This document shows positions 1 to 9,250 of a stretch of DNA of 64,000 nt, one piece after another. The notes under the pieces are model-generated. The model ran no database searches. It saw nothing but the letters and a program-made list of their open reading frames with translations, and was not told where the DNA came from. This DNA comes from an uncultured delta proteobacterium (GTDB taxonomy: Bacteria > Desulfobacterota > Binatia > UBA9968), in assembly GCA_963745835.1 (NCBI GenBank), contig CAVUZH010000014.1, positions 96,001-160,000 on the forward strand, read 5' to 3'. A program made the translations under genes and the position numbers. Every line of letters begins with the position of its first letter. Position 1 is the stretch's first letter.

Positions 1-547
1 GCGCAATTTGGGATTGATCCATTTATTGCCGAAGATCCTCGAGGAGGCAGTGCAAGTCCGCGCCGATCTCGGTTATCCGATCATGGTCACGCCGTTTTCG
101 CAGTTCGTCGGTAGCCAGGCTGCCATCAACGTGATCAAGGGAGAACGATACGGCCAAGTCACCGATCAGGTGATTCAATATGCAACCGGCTTATGGGGCG
201 AAGAAGCAGCGTCCGAAGTCGACCCCAATATCAAAGACAAGCTGCTAAGCGGTCCGCGCGCCAAGGAATTTGCCAGTTGGGTGCCGCCGCAACCGACCCT
301 CGAAGAGGTTCGAGACAAATTTGGCGGCTCCTCTGTCAACGATGACCAGTTGCTGATGTATTATGTCGTCGGCAAAGACGATGTCGATGCGCTGCGCGAT
401 GCCGGCGCTCCGAAAGAGTACATCAGCACAAGAACGCCTCTGCTGATGCTACTGCAACAACTTACCCGGCGCGAATGCAGTCAGATCTATATCCAAACCA
501 AAGGGATGACCGTGGCGCTTGGAAAAAAAGCGGCCGCCTCGCGGTAG
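1..547 (+). CDS. C-terminal part of a pyruvate carboxylase subunit B / oxaloacetate decarboxylase alpha-like carboxyltransferase (5' end outside window)
   Basis: Conserved VRADLGYPIMVTPFSQFVGSQA segment; ends without a biotinyl (AMKM) domain. Confidence 0.8.
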   Translation, partial: RNLGLIHLLPKILEEAVQVRADLGYPIMVTPFSQFVGSQAAINVIKGERYGQVTDQVIQYATGLWGEEAASEVDPNIKDKLLSGPRAKEFASWVPPQPTLEEVRDKFGGSSVNDDQLLMYYVVGKDDVDALRDAGAPKEYISTRTPLLMLLQQLTRRECSQIYIQTKGMTVALGKKAAASR

Positions 548-599
548 ACTTTACGCCTAAAACGGGCGCTCTTTCGGTAACCGAACTGATCGAATATTC

Positions 600-1517
600 A
601 TGGCGCCGTTTCTGCTGAAACGAATTTTCCACGGCGTTGCCGTTCTCTGGGTCGTCGCCACCCTGACATTCGTGCTTTTGCGCTTGACCCCGGGCGGGCC
701 TTTTGACCGCGAGCGCAAACTTCCGCCGCAAGTCGTTGCCAATCTCGAAGCCAAGTATCATCTGGACGAATCTTTCTTCAAGCAGTATCTCCGCTATCTC
801 ACCGGCGTCGTCCGAGGCGACCTCGGACCTTCGTATAAGTATTTGGATCGAGGCGTCAACGAGATTATTCGCGATACCTTGCCGACCTCGGCGCTCCTGG
901 GAGCGCTCGCCATCGCCTTCGCGCTTGCAGTCTCGCTTCCCGCCGGCCTGTTCGCCGCCTATTGCCGCGGCTCATGGATTGATCGATGGTTGATGATCTC
1001 GGCATCCATCGGAATTTCCGTGCCTCATTTTATTCTCGGCGCAGTATTGATATGGGCGCTGGCTCTCCAGCTCAATTGGTTTCACGCAGCTCGTTGGGAC
1101 GCTCTCAGCAGCGCCGTCCTACCCACTATTACGTTGGGCGCCGCGCCGGCTGCGTATCTCTCGGCGCTGCTGCGTTCCTCATTGATCGAAACCTTGGGCG
1201 AAGATTTTATCCGTACCGCTCGCGCCAAGGGCATCACCGAAGCCGGTGTGCTGTTCAAGCATGCCCTTAGTCAGTCGCTGATTCCCATGCTCACGGTCAT
1301 GGGACCGCTGACCGCGACGCTTCTGACCGGGTCTTTCGTGGTCGAATACGTCTTTGCGATTCCCGGCATGGGGCGTTTCTTTATCACCGCAGTAACCGAT
1401 CGGGATTATCCGTTGATCATGGGAGTGACGCTTATCTATACGGCTCTCCTGGTCGGCGCTAATCTAATTGTCGATCTGCTTTATGGAATTGTCGATCCGC
1501 GAATCCGCAGCCAGTGA
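600..1517 (+). CDS. oppB: Oligopeptide/dipeptide ABC transporter permease, OppB-like
   Basis: PGGPF and GDLGPSY motifs, EAA loop (RTARAKG), C-terminal NLIVDLLYGIVDPRIR. Confidence 0.9.
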   Translation: MAPFLLKRIFHGVAVLWVVATLTFVLLRLTPGGPFDRERKLPPQVVANLEAKYHLDESFFKQYLRYLTGVVRGDLGPSYKYLDRGVNEIIRDTLPTSALLGALAIAFALAVSLPAGLFAAYCRGSWIDRWLMISASIGISVPHFILGAVLIWALALQLNWFHAARWDALSSAVLPTITLGAAPAAYLSALLRSSLIETLGEDFIRTARAKGITEAGVLFKHALSQSLIPMLTVMGPLTATLLTGSFVVEYVFAIPGMGRFFITAVTDRDYPLIMGVTLIYTALLVGANLIVDLLYGIVDPRIRSQ

Positions 1518-1524
1518 GCGGCGC

Positions 1525-2376
1525 ATGATCCGAGCAACCACCCAAATTCGCAACTTCCGCCGCTTTGATGCGTTGGCCGGCGCCAGCGCTCTTTTTATCA
1601 TGATCGTTTTGCTCAGCGGATTTGCCGTGCCCTGGATCTCGCCGTACGGTTCGGGCGAGCTGCGAGAAGATAATCTTCTCGCGGGACCGTCGTGGACTCA
1701 TCCGATGGGCACGGACGCGCTCGGTCGCGACCTATTAACCCGCGTCTTGTATGGCGCAAGAGTGTCGATGACCGTGGGAATTGGAACCGCGCTGATCGCC
1801 TTGATCATCGGCACAAGCTACGGACTGGTCTCGGGATTCAAGGGCGGCCACATCGACGACTTCATGATGCGGCTTGTCGACATCTTCTATGGATTGCCCG
1901 ACATGTTGATCTTTATTCTATTGTCGCTGCTGTTCGGCAAGAGCATCGGCGGCCTCTTGGTTGCCTTAGGTTTGGTTACCTGGGTGCGCTTCGCGCGCAT
2001 CACCCGGGGGCAAGTTTTGCAGGCCAAGGAATTCGTCTACGTTGAGGGCGCGCGCGCCATGGGCGCGCCCCGTCGCAGGATATTGATGCGCCACATTCTG
2101 CCCAACATTCTCGGTCCGATCCTGGTCACCTTGACCTTCAGCATCCCAGCCGCGATTCTGGCTGAATCGACGCTTAGCTTTATCGGCTTGGGAATTAACG
2201 ATCCGTATAGTCGCTGGGGCACCAGTTGGGGAACACTGGCGCAGGACGGCTGGCGTGCGATGCGCGCCTACCCGCACATTATTTTTTTCCCCGCCGCCGC
2301 CATTGTTCTGACCATACTGGCGTTCAACACGGTCGGTAATGCATTGCGCGATCTGCTCGATCCGAGGACAAGATGA
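1525..2376 (+). CDS. oppC: Oligopeptide/dipeptide ABC transporter permease, OppC-like
   Basis: HPMGTDALGRDLLTRVLYGARVS, EAA loop (EGARAMGA), RHILPN, GNALRDLLDPR; start moved to ATG 1525, just after the oppB stop. Confidence 0.9.
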   Translation: MIRATTQIRNFRRFDALAGASALFIMIVLLSGFAVPWISPYGSGELREDNLLAGPSWTHPMGTDALGRDLLTRVLYGARVSMTVGIGTALIALIIGTSYGLVSGFKGGHIDDFMMRLVDIFYGLPDMLIFILLSLLFGKSIGGLLVALGLVTWVRFARITRGQVLQAKEFVYVEGARAMGAPRRRILMRHILPNILGPILVTLTFSIPAAILAESTLSFIGLGINDPYSRWGTSWGTLAQDGWRAMRAYPHIIFFPAAAIVLTILAFNTVGNALRDLLDPRTR

Positions 2377-2426
2377 ACCTCGGTGACTTTGAACAATTGT
2401 GGTTTGTAGATGGGCGCTTCAGTTCC

Positions 2427-2473
2427 TTGACATTGTTTTTGCCGAGGCTTAACTTAGACCTTCTAGGTCCAAG
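2427..2473 (+). promoter_or_regulatory. Sigma70-like promoter with an overlapping palindromic operator candidate, upstream of moeB
   Basis: TTGACA (2427-2432), 17-bp spacer, TAACTT (2450-2455); inverted repeat CTTAGACCT-TCT-AGGTCCAAG (2453-2473) directly before the AGGAGG RBS. Confidence 0.5.
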
Positions 2474-2484
2474 AAGGAGGAATC

Positions 2485-3654
2485 ATGGCCAAGACGTTTC
2501 AAGAGATTATGGCCGACGCGCGCAAGGAAATTCCAGAGGTCACGGCGCAACAGGTAAACGACCTTTTGACCAACAACGGCAAAGGCCACGTTCTGCTCGA
2601 TGTTCGAGAAAAAGATGAATGGCGCGAGGGGCATCTCGAGGGAGCGCTTTCACTGCCACGCGGTTTTCTCGAGATTAAAGTTGAAACCGCAGTGCCCGAA
2701 AAGAACACGCCGATCATTGCGTACTGCGCCGGCGGAACCCGGTCGCTTCTGGCAGGCAAAATGTTAAAAGAGATGGGTTATCAAAATGTTACGTCCATGT
2801 CCGGAGGATACGCCGGCTGGAAGAACGCCGGTTACAAATGGGTGCAAGACTTTCAATACACGCCGGAGCAACTGGTTCGCTACAGCCGGCATTTTCTGCT
2901 GCCGGAAGTCGGTGAGGAAGGACAAGCCAAACTCCTGGGAGCAAAAATCTTAATGGTTGGCGCCGGCGGTTTAGGTTCGCCGGCCGCGTATTATTTGGCA
3001 GCCGCGGGAGTTGGTACTTTGGGTATTATCGACAACGACGTCGTCGATATTTCCAATTTGCAGCGCCAGATACTGCATGCAAACGATCGGGTCGGCACAC
3101 CCAAAGTCGAATCGGCGAAAAAGACTTTAGAAGGTCTCAATCCCGACGTGAAGGTGATCCCGTATCAGGCAAAGCTCACCTCCGAAAACATCATGGAGAT
3201 CCTTAAAGACTACGATTTCGTCGTCGACGGTTGCGATAATTTCCCGACCCGGTATCTGGTCAACGATGCTTGCGTTTTGATGGGCAAGCCAAACGTTCAT
3301 GGCAGCATCTTTCAGTTCGAAGGGCAGGCAACGGTTTTTTATCCGGGCAAAGGCCCCTGCTATCGCTGCTTGTACCCGGAACCACCACCGGCCGAGATGG
3401 CGCCGAGTTGCGCGGAAGCCGGGGTGTTGGGCGTTCTACCGGGATTGATCGGCGTCATTGAAGCGTTGGAAGCAATCAAGCTCATTCTCGACAAAGGCGA
3501 CAGCTTGATCGGCCGGCTGCTGTGCTTCAATACCTTGACGATGGAAATCAATACCTTGAAGTTGCGCCGCGATCCGAAGTGCCCGATGTGCGGCGATAAC
3601 CCGACGATCAAAGAATTGATTGATTACGAAGAGTTCTGCAGTTTGCGACACTGA
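2485..3654 (+). CDS. moeB: Rhodanese-ThiF/MoeB fusion (molybdopterin-synthase / sulfur-carrier adenylyltransferase)
   Basis: N-terminal rhodanese (LLDVRE, YCAGGTRS); RYSRH, GAGGLGS, SNLQRQ, CYRC and CPMC zinc motifs; strong RBS. Confidence 0.9.
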   Translation: MAKTFQEIMADARKEIPEVTAQQVNDLLTNNGKGHVLLDVREKDEWREGHLEGALSLPRGFLEIKVETAVPEKNTPIIAYCAGGTRSLLAGKMLKEMGYQNVTSMSGGYAGWKNAGYKWVQDFQYTPEQLVRYSRHFLLPEVGEEGQAKLLGAKILMVGAGGLGSPAAYYLAAAGVGTLGIIDNDVVDISNLQRQILHANDRVGTPKVESAKKTLEGLNPDVKVIPYQAKLTSENIMEILKDYDFVVDGCDNFPTRYLVNDACVLMGKPNVHGSIFQFEGQATVFYPGKGPCYRCLYPEPPPAEMAPSCAEAGVLGVLPGLIGVIEALEAIKLILDKGDSLIGRLLCFNTLTMEINTLKLRRDPKCPMCGDNPTIKELIDYEEFCSLRH

Positions 3655-3684
3655 GTTTAGTTCTTACAACAAATCGGTACATGC

Positions 3685-3714
3685 AGGGCCGGCGCGAAGC
3701 CGGCCCTTTTTTTT
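3685..3714 (+). terminator. Rho-independent terminator after moeB
   Basis: Stem AGGGCCGGC-gcgaa-GCCGGCCCT running into a T8 tract. Confidence 0.85.
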
Positions 3715-3728
3715 GGAGCTTAGTGTAA

Positions 3729-4379
3729 ATGGTAACCGTCTTTTTACTGCGTCACGGTGAAACCGCATGGAACAAGTTAGGACGAGTCATGGGGCGCACC
3801 CAAGTGCCGCTCGGTGCCGATGGAATCCAACAGATACAAAAGATTGCGCCGCTGGTGGCAACGCTGGAGCTCGATGGCATTTACACCAGCCCGCTGCGGC
3901 GGGCGGTGCAAACCGCCAAAGTCGTCGCGGCGAAAACGAAGTTGCCTATTCGTAAAAACGAAGGATTGAACGAGATCGCCTACGGCGAATGGGCGGGTCG
4001 GTATTTCGAAGATCTGATCGATGACGAGCTTTATCACCGCTTCATCAAGTCGCCGGCAAAAACCCTCCTGCCGGGTGGAGAAACGATTTCCGATGTGCAG
4101 CGGCGCGGCTTGAAGGTGATCGACGAAGCCGCGCAGAAAGTGCCCGGCGGCCGATTTCTTTTCGTCTCCCACGGCGACGTTATCCGGGCGATTCTTTGCC
4201 ACTATATGAAACTGCCGCTGCATGAATATAGAAGACTACGGGTCGATAACGGATCGTTGAGCGCGCTGCAAACCGACCGGCGCTGGGCGGAGATCAAGTA
4301 TATCAACTACATCGAGGAAATTATCCTGGCGAGTAAGGAACCGTATATGGCAGCGAGAGCCGCGGCACTGAGAAAGTAA
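3729..4379 (+). CDS. Histidine phosphatase family protein (phosphoglycerate mutase/CobC-like)
   Basis: LLRHGET, SPLRRAVQTA, LNEIAYGEW, VSHG motifs. Confidence 0.9.
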   Translation: MVTVFLLRHGETAWNKLGRVMGRTQVPLGADGIQQIQKIAPLVATLELDGIYTSPLRRAVQTAKVVAAKTKLPIRKNEGLNEIAYGEWAGRYFEDLIDDELYHRFIKSPAKTLLPGGETISDVQRRGLKVIDEAAQKVPGGRFLFVSHGDVIRAILCHYMKLPLHEYRRLRVDNGSLSALQTDRRWAEIKYINYIEEIILASKEPYMAARAAALRK

Positions 4380-4383
4380 CCGC
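4208..4383 (+). repeat. Direct repeat copy 1 (176 bp; 3' end of the phosphatase gene)
   Basis: Aligns without gaps to 7405-7580 with 5 mismatches. Confidence 0.95.
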
Positions 4384-4419
4384 GTCGTTACTCAAGTCAA
4401 AAAGGTAGTGAGAAGCTTA

Positions 4420-5412
4420 TTACCGGTAGAGTTGGGTGACAAAGCCTGAGTCTTCAAGATCTTTGAGTAATCGACCCTCAGCAAATCGTGTCGGATTGAA
4501 TCCACGCGCCTTAGGGCTTCTTTTTCCCAGATCTTCCACAATGGCCTCGATCCCTTTTGTTGACGGATATGGGACTCGAGGCAACAATTTGATGCCATAA
4601 GTGTTGTAAGCTTCCTCAAGTGCTACGGGATCAGTTAATTTCGTGAATTTCGCAATCGACCTTAGGCTCGCGTCTTTATTTGTTTTGTAATGATGGATGC
4701 CTTCAACAAAAGCTTTAACAAACCGCTGAACAAAACTCGGGTTTTTTTGAACCATACTGCCTCTTGCGGCGATGCTCGTCCCGAGATAATCAATGCCGAA
4801 ATCAGCCAGAGAGGCAAGCTGGTTGAGTCCCGCTTTCCTAGCGCGGAGCGTCGTTGGTATTTGGAATAAACTCGCATCAATGCGGCCAACCTGCAGTGCG
4901 GTCAAGCGGGTAGGCTGGCCTCCAGCTGACAGCAAGGATACATCCTTGTCGGGATCTAGACCCCATTTCCGTAGTACAATGCGCATGCCATAATCATCTG
5001 CAGAACCTGGTTGCCCCACTCCGATAATCTTCCCTTTCAGGTCGGCTGGTGTCTTGATGGCCGGATTAGAAAATAAGGCAAAGTCATTCATGCTATGAAG
5101 GAAACTCATCAACACCAAAATGTCAGCTCCCTCAATGGCAGCCGAGACCGACGCAGGTCCTGCAGTCACAGTAAAGTCCAAATCCCCCGACAGGACCCCG
5201 GCTATGTTAGGCGGGGAATTCGCAATATATATGATTTGCGGATCAAAATTGTATTTCTGGAAGATTCCGGCGTCGTGAATGACCCAGAGGATCCCCTGGG
5301 AGACAGTGATCGCGCTATGGGACATGCGAAGCCGATCCAGGGCGTGAGTAGTAGTGGTTGCAATCAGTAATAGAAACACCGCAACGACGATAAACCCAGT
5401 CCGTTTCATCAT
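4420..5412 (-). CDS. ABC transporter substrate-binding protein, NMT1/THI5/SsuA-like
   Basis: Signal peptide, DLKGKIIGV, WGLDPDKDV, RLTALQVGRIDA pattern; no permease nearby. Confidence 0.85.
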   Translation of the reverse strand: MMKRTGFIVVAVFLLLIATTTTHALDRLRMSHSAITVSQGILWVIHDAGIFQKYNFDPQIIYIANSPPNIAGVLSGDLDFTVTAGPASVSAAIEGADILVLMSFLHSMNDFALFSNPAIKTPADLKGKIIGVGQPGSADDYGMRIVLRKWGLDPDKDVSLLSAGGQPTRLTALQVGRIDASLFQIPTTLRARKAGLNQLASLADFGIDYLGTSIAARGSMVQKNPSFVQRFVKAFVEGIHHYKTNKDASLRSIAKFTKLTDPVALEEAYNTYGIKLLPRVPYPSTKGIEAIVEDLGKRSPKARGFNPTRFAEGRLLKDLEDSGFVTQLYR

Positions 5413-5496
5413 TGAATCTAGCTTTCTGCCACACCAGCTCGAGTTCCTTGCAACCCTGGCCGGTTTGTTGGCTAAATTCTCTTTAAGAGACTCGCC

Positions 5497-6273
5497 TCAA
5501 CTTGGCCAACCATTTTCAGAGAGGTCGACGTAGTTACCGTCAGGGTCCCGCAGATAGCAGGTTTCAAACGGGCCTTGCTTCACCCTTCTAATAACTTCTA
5601 CTGGCGGCTCTCCGGGATAAAGAAAGGGAGGCGACGTTATAAGTCGCTCCTCGATTGCTCCGATGCTGGGCACCTGAATACCAAAAAGCTGAATCCCGAA
5701 CCTCGCAACAGGCGCATTCTTGATCAGCGTAAGACTGAAGTCGTTGTCGGATAAGTAAACCACTGTGGATTCCGTATCTCGGGTTATCTTTCTTGTTATT
5801 TCTTTCATACCGAAGACGGACTTATAGAAATCACAGAGGCACTCGAGATCCTTGGCGTGAATGGCGATGTGCCGAATGCGTGGAATGTTCTTAACTCCTT
5901 CAGTTCCCCAAGTGTTGCTTGCAATCTCAAGCCGGTTTCCTTCGGGATCGTGGAAGCGTTTGTCCTCGTAGCGCCCGTCCTCAGGGCTATCTTCCAGCTT
6001 AATAGAAGAATCGAACGCTGCGATTTTTTTCACAGTTTCCTGCAGGTCATCCACATAGAAACCAAAATGCTCGATGCCAACGTCTGGTTTTCGCATCAGC
6101 CCGGCATAAAATTGGAGGCACGTCAGGTTCACGTAACCATCAGTGATGTAATAGGCATAAGGGTGTGTCCGCTTATCGTTCCATAATTCTTCCATCCCGA
6201 AGATGAGTCGATAGAAACGCGCTATCCGACGGTTGTTGTTGGTGCAGGTGGCAACATGTCTTATTTGCGGCAC
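5497..6273 (-). CDS. VOC/glyoxalase family protein with two tandem VOC domains (paralog 2)
   Basis: IRHVA...FY, IEHFGF, DPEGNRLE, IRHIA, DPDGNYVD; GTG start. Confidence 0.85.
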   Translation of the reverse strand: MPQIRHVATCTNNNRRIARFYRLIFGMEELWNDKRTHPYAYYITDGYVNLTCLQFYAGLMRKPDVGIEHFGFYVDDLQETVKKIAAFDSSIKLEDSPEDGRYEDKRFHDPEGNRLEIASNTWGTEGVKNIPRIRHIAIHAKDLECLCDFYKSVFGMKEITRKITRDTESTVVYLSDNDFSLTLIKNAPVARFGIQLFGIQVPSIGAIEERLITSPPFLYPGEPPVEVIRRVKQGPFETCYLRDPDGNYVDLSENGWPS

Positions 6274-6315
6274 TTCTTACGCCTTTTTTATTGACTGTTT
6301 AACTGTGCGACACGC

Positions 6316-7092
6316 TCAATTAACCCACCCTTTTTCTGAGAGGTCGACGTGGTTGCCGTCGGGGTCTCTCAAATAACAGTTTTCGAAGGGACTCTGCTCT
6401 TTCCTCCGAGTGACTTGTACCGGTGACTCGCCTGCATAGACAAAAGGCGGCGATTTCACGAGTCGCTCCTCGATTGCCTCGATGCTAGGAACCTGGATAC
6501 CGATAGACTGTATGCCGAATTTCGGAACCGGTGCATTTTTTATAAGAGACAGACCAAATCCATCGTCGGCTAGATCGAGCACATCGGAATCTGTAGCTGA
6601 GATTATTCTTCTGCCGACTTCTTTCATGCCGAAAACCGATTTGTAGAAATCGGCAAGGCGCTCGAGGTCCTTCGCATGGATGGTAAGGTGCCGAATACCC
6701 GTAACTCTTTTGCTTCCGTCGGTTCCCCAAGGATTGGTTGCGATCTCCAGGCGATTTCCTTCGGGATCATGAAAGCGCATGTCCTCGTATCGTCCGTCGG
6801 GAGGGCTTTCCTCTAGGTTAACCCCGGGATGAAACTCCTTAATTTTTTTGCATGCTTGTTGTAAATCATCCACGAAGAAGCCGAAATGCTCTATGCATAC
6901 CCCAGGATTTCGATTCATGGCTGGGTGTATTTGGAGGCAGTTCAGATTGACGTAGCCATCGGTGAGATAAAAAGCATGCGGGCTATTCTGCTGAGGATTC
7001 CAGAGTTCTTCCATTCCGAAAATGAGCCGGTAAAAGCGCGCTATCCGACGATTGTTATTTGTGCAAGTGGCAACATGTCTTATTTGTGGCAT
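6316..7092 (-). CDS. VOC/glyoxalase family protein with two tandem VOC domains (paralog 1)
   Basis: Same motifs and same 258-aa length as 5497-6273; first 32 aa identical. Confidence 0.85.
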   Translation of the reverse strand: MPQIRHVATCTNNNRRIARFYRLIFGMEELWNPQQNSPHAFYLTDGYVNLNCLQIHPAMNRNPGVCIEHFGFFVDDLQQACKKIKEFHPGVNLEESPPDGRYEDMRFHDPEGNRLEIATNPWGTDGSKRVTGIRHLTIHAKDLERLADFYKSVFGMKEVGRRIISATDSDVLDLADDGFGLSLIKNAPVPKFGIQSIGIQVPSIEAIEERLVKSPPFVYAGESPVQVTRRKEQSPFENCYLRDPDGNHVDLSEKGWVN

Positions 7093-7404
7093 TCTCTTCC
7101 CCTTTCAGTGTCGGATCAACTTCGATAAAATTCCGCATCGCAGCCAGCAATAACACCGCCGAGCTAGACTGATCACGTTAGTATGTGCGCCAACACGCGC
7201 AGCTATATCGCCGTGACTCGCTAGTCGTCAAGACTAAATCTTGTTTCTATTCAGCACGGTCCCAAATTATTCTTATTGGTCGATGTGCAAGGTGTCATCG
7301 AGGGAGAAGACCCAGTCCGCCCGTTTCCGGAAACCGAACTGCAGGGAAGCTCCCCTCCCTTTGTGCATTGTGGCGAGCGGAGTTCCAGTTTCTTTGCATT
7401 ATAG

Positions 7405-7580
7405 GAAACTGCCGCTGCATGAATACAGAAGATTGCGGGTCGATAACGGATCGTTGAGCGCGCTGCAAACCGACCGGCCCTGGGCGGAGATCAAGTATAT
7501 CAACTACATCGAGGAAATTATCCTGGCGAGTAAGGAACCGTATATGGCAGCGAGAGCCGCGGCACTGAGAAAATAACCGC
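7405..7580 (+). repeat. Direct repeat copy 2: orphan 3' fragment of the phosphatase gene
   Basis: Translates KLPLHEYRRLRVDNGSLSALQTDRPWAEIKY...AAALRK*; the 5' part of the gene is absent. Confidence 0.95.
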
Positions 7581-7766
7581 CGTGATTCAAATAAACCTCT
7601 GGTAGCTTTTCGTTCTTCACTAGGCAATAGGAGCTTCGGACCGTCTACGTTAAACTCGAAACAAATGTAACAGTTTAACTTTGCGGTGAACACCGAACGG
7701 CTTGCCGCGTATGCTTTTCTCATTAAAGATGTATGCATCGCCACCCGAAGTTGCCTGGAAGTTTAA

Positions 7767-7885
7767 ATGGCACCAAAGCGAAATAAAACGCAAATCTTAT
7801 TTTTGTCGATGAACGCGCTTAGGCGCGCCAAAAAAGCTGTTGAGGTAAAGACCGAGGCAGAGGTCATCCGATTGTCTGTTGCATT
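7767..7885 (+). pseudogene. Probable degraded small antitoxin-like (RHH/VapB-type) gene fragment
   Basis: Joining frames gives KRKSYFVDE.ALRRAKKAVEVKTEAEVIRLSV, a beta-strand plus two-helix pattern; truncated, no toxin gene follows. Confidence 0.35.
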
Positions 7886-7947
7886 CAGACGAACTTTTCT
7901 TTGCTACGTCTTCCGTAACCAGCTATCACTGCCAGACTCTTTCAGGT

Positions 7948-7980
7948 GGCGGATCGATCCGAAATCAGGATCGATCCGCC
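7948..7980. repeat. Perfect 13-bp hairpin, possible terminator of the minus-strand OmpA gene
   Basis: GGCGGATCGATCC-gaaatca-GGATCGATCCGCC; no clear U-tract. Confidence 0.5.
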
Positions 7981-8050
7981 CTCCTTTCGGGACCTTACAA
8001 ATGCTGCTCACGTGTAACGAAAGAGTGACTACCTCGGGGGGCTCTGCTCG

Positions 8051-8913
8051 TTACTTACTTAGACCCTTGTTGACCAGAATGGCGACGTCCACCCGGTTTT
8101 CCGCTTCGCGACCTTTTGCCGTCGTCGCTCCGCTTTTAGTTCCGCCATAGCCCATGGGTATCGTCATGCGCCGTAGCGGAATGTTGTGCTTCGTCGCCAA
8201 GTACTGCACAACCGCGTCAGAGCGGTCCAGGCTCAGGTCAAGATTCTTTGAAGCCTTCCCCGTCACATCGCTGTAGCCTTTGACTTCCACCAAATAATTC
8301 TTCGCGCCCGGGGCCCTCGAAGCGAGATCATCCAGTTGCGCTTTCGCGTTATCCGAGAGCGTAGCGTCGTTCGCGGCGAAAGGCACCGTCACAATATTAA
8401 CAAGTTCATATTGATCGATCGCATCAATTCGCTTGTTGGTGTCGACAACTTCCTTGCTCGTCTGTGCAAGTTTTTGTTCGTTTTCTGAGACCTTCTTATT
8501 TATCGGAGCCGTTTGGGCATACGCGGTTATCGCCGCCTTGAGGTCAGCTTCGGTGAACTCAATCTCGTCGGCCACGAGACGACCCCCAGCACCCTTCCCT
8601 CGACCTCCAGGATGAGGCCGGGCACGAGCATGGTTGCATCCATACGCTTGTCTCGGCGAAATAGCCCCTTACGCTCACCCTCTATTTCGGTTTTGTCGGT
8701 TAACGCAACCAGCGTATCCGTTCGCTTTAGGTCGCGTAACAGAAACAGCTCACCATCACGATTCAGGATGACGCCTTTAATTGTGAGTTTCTCGCCATCC
8801 TTGATCACGCGCTTCTGGCCCGGCTGAAATTGACTGTGGCCTTTGTCCGGAAGGAACACTCCCATGGTCATAATCAGATTCAAGCTGAGCACGAACCGTA
8901 ATTTTCCTTGCAT
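8051..8913 (-). CDS. OmpA-family peptidoglycan-binding protein with an N-terminal beta-rich domain, split by one frameshift near 8595
   Basis: C-terminal part: F...ATLS, VKGYSD, NLDLSLDRSDAV, MGYG, ENRVDV; the signal-peptide N-terminal part reads on as VEGR/GAGGRLVADEIEF if one base is added in a G run. Confidence 0.7.
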
Positions 8914-9250
8914 GTCGATTTTCCATAATTTTCTCTCCTTATTTTGGTTATCGCCTGTTACACGTGGGCACCAACTACCATGATCGCCGCGAGCCGCGTT
9001 TAGTTCTTTACATGTCATCACCTGCTCTCATCTTGCGTCGGCAAGGTGAGTCCGTCGCTCTTTCTTGCCGCACGCCGTCAAACTCAATGATGCGACGAGG
9101 TCTTCCCCAACTTCTTCTCGGTAGCCGTTTTCATATGAATCCGTTTGTACGTTCTTTGTAACTTCGTTTTTTTTCGTCCAGCTTTCGTTTAAGTTTTCAC
9201 CTGCATTTGGAACGTTGCGTAGAAAAATAGACCGAAGCTATCAAGCGCGT

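Noticed and set aside
7298-7362. Possible riboswitch/ncRNA around the GTTTCCGGAAAC palindrome
   Set aside because: Outer pairing is weak and no known aptamer motif is recognisable
7241-7576. 111-aa ORF as a real gene
   Set aside because: Chimera of non-coding sequence and the duplicated phosphatase 3' end; lacks the RHG catalytic motif
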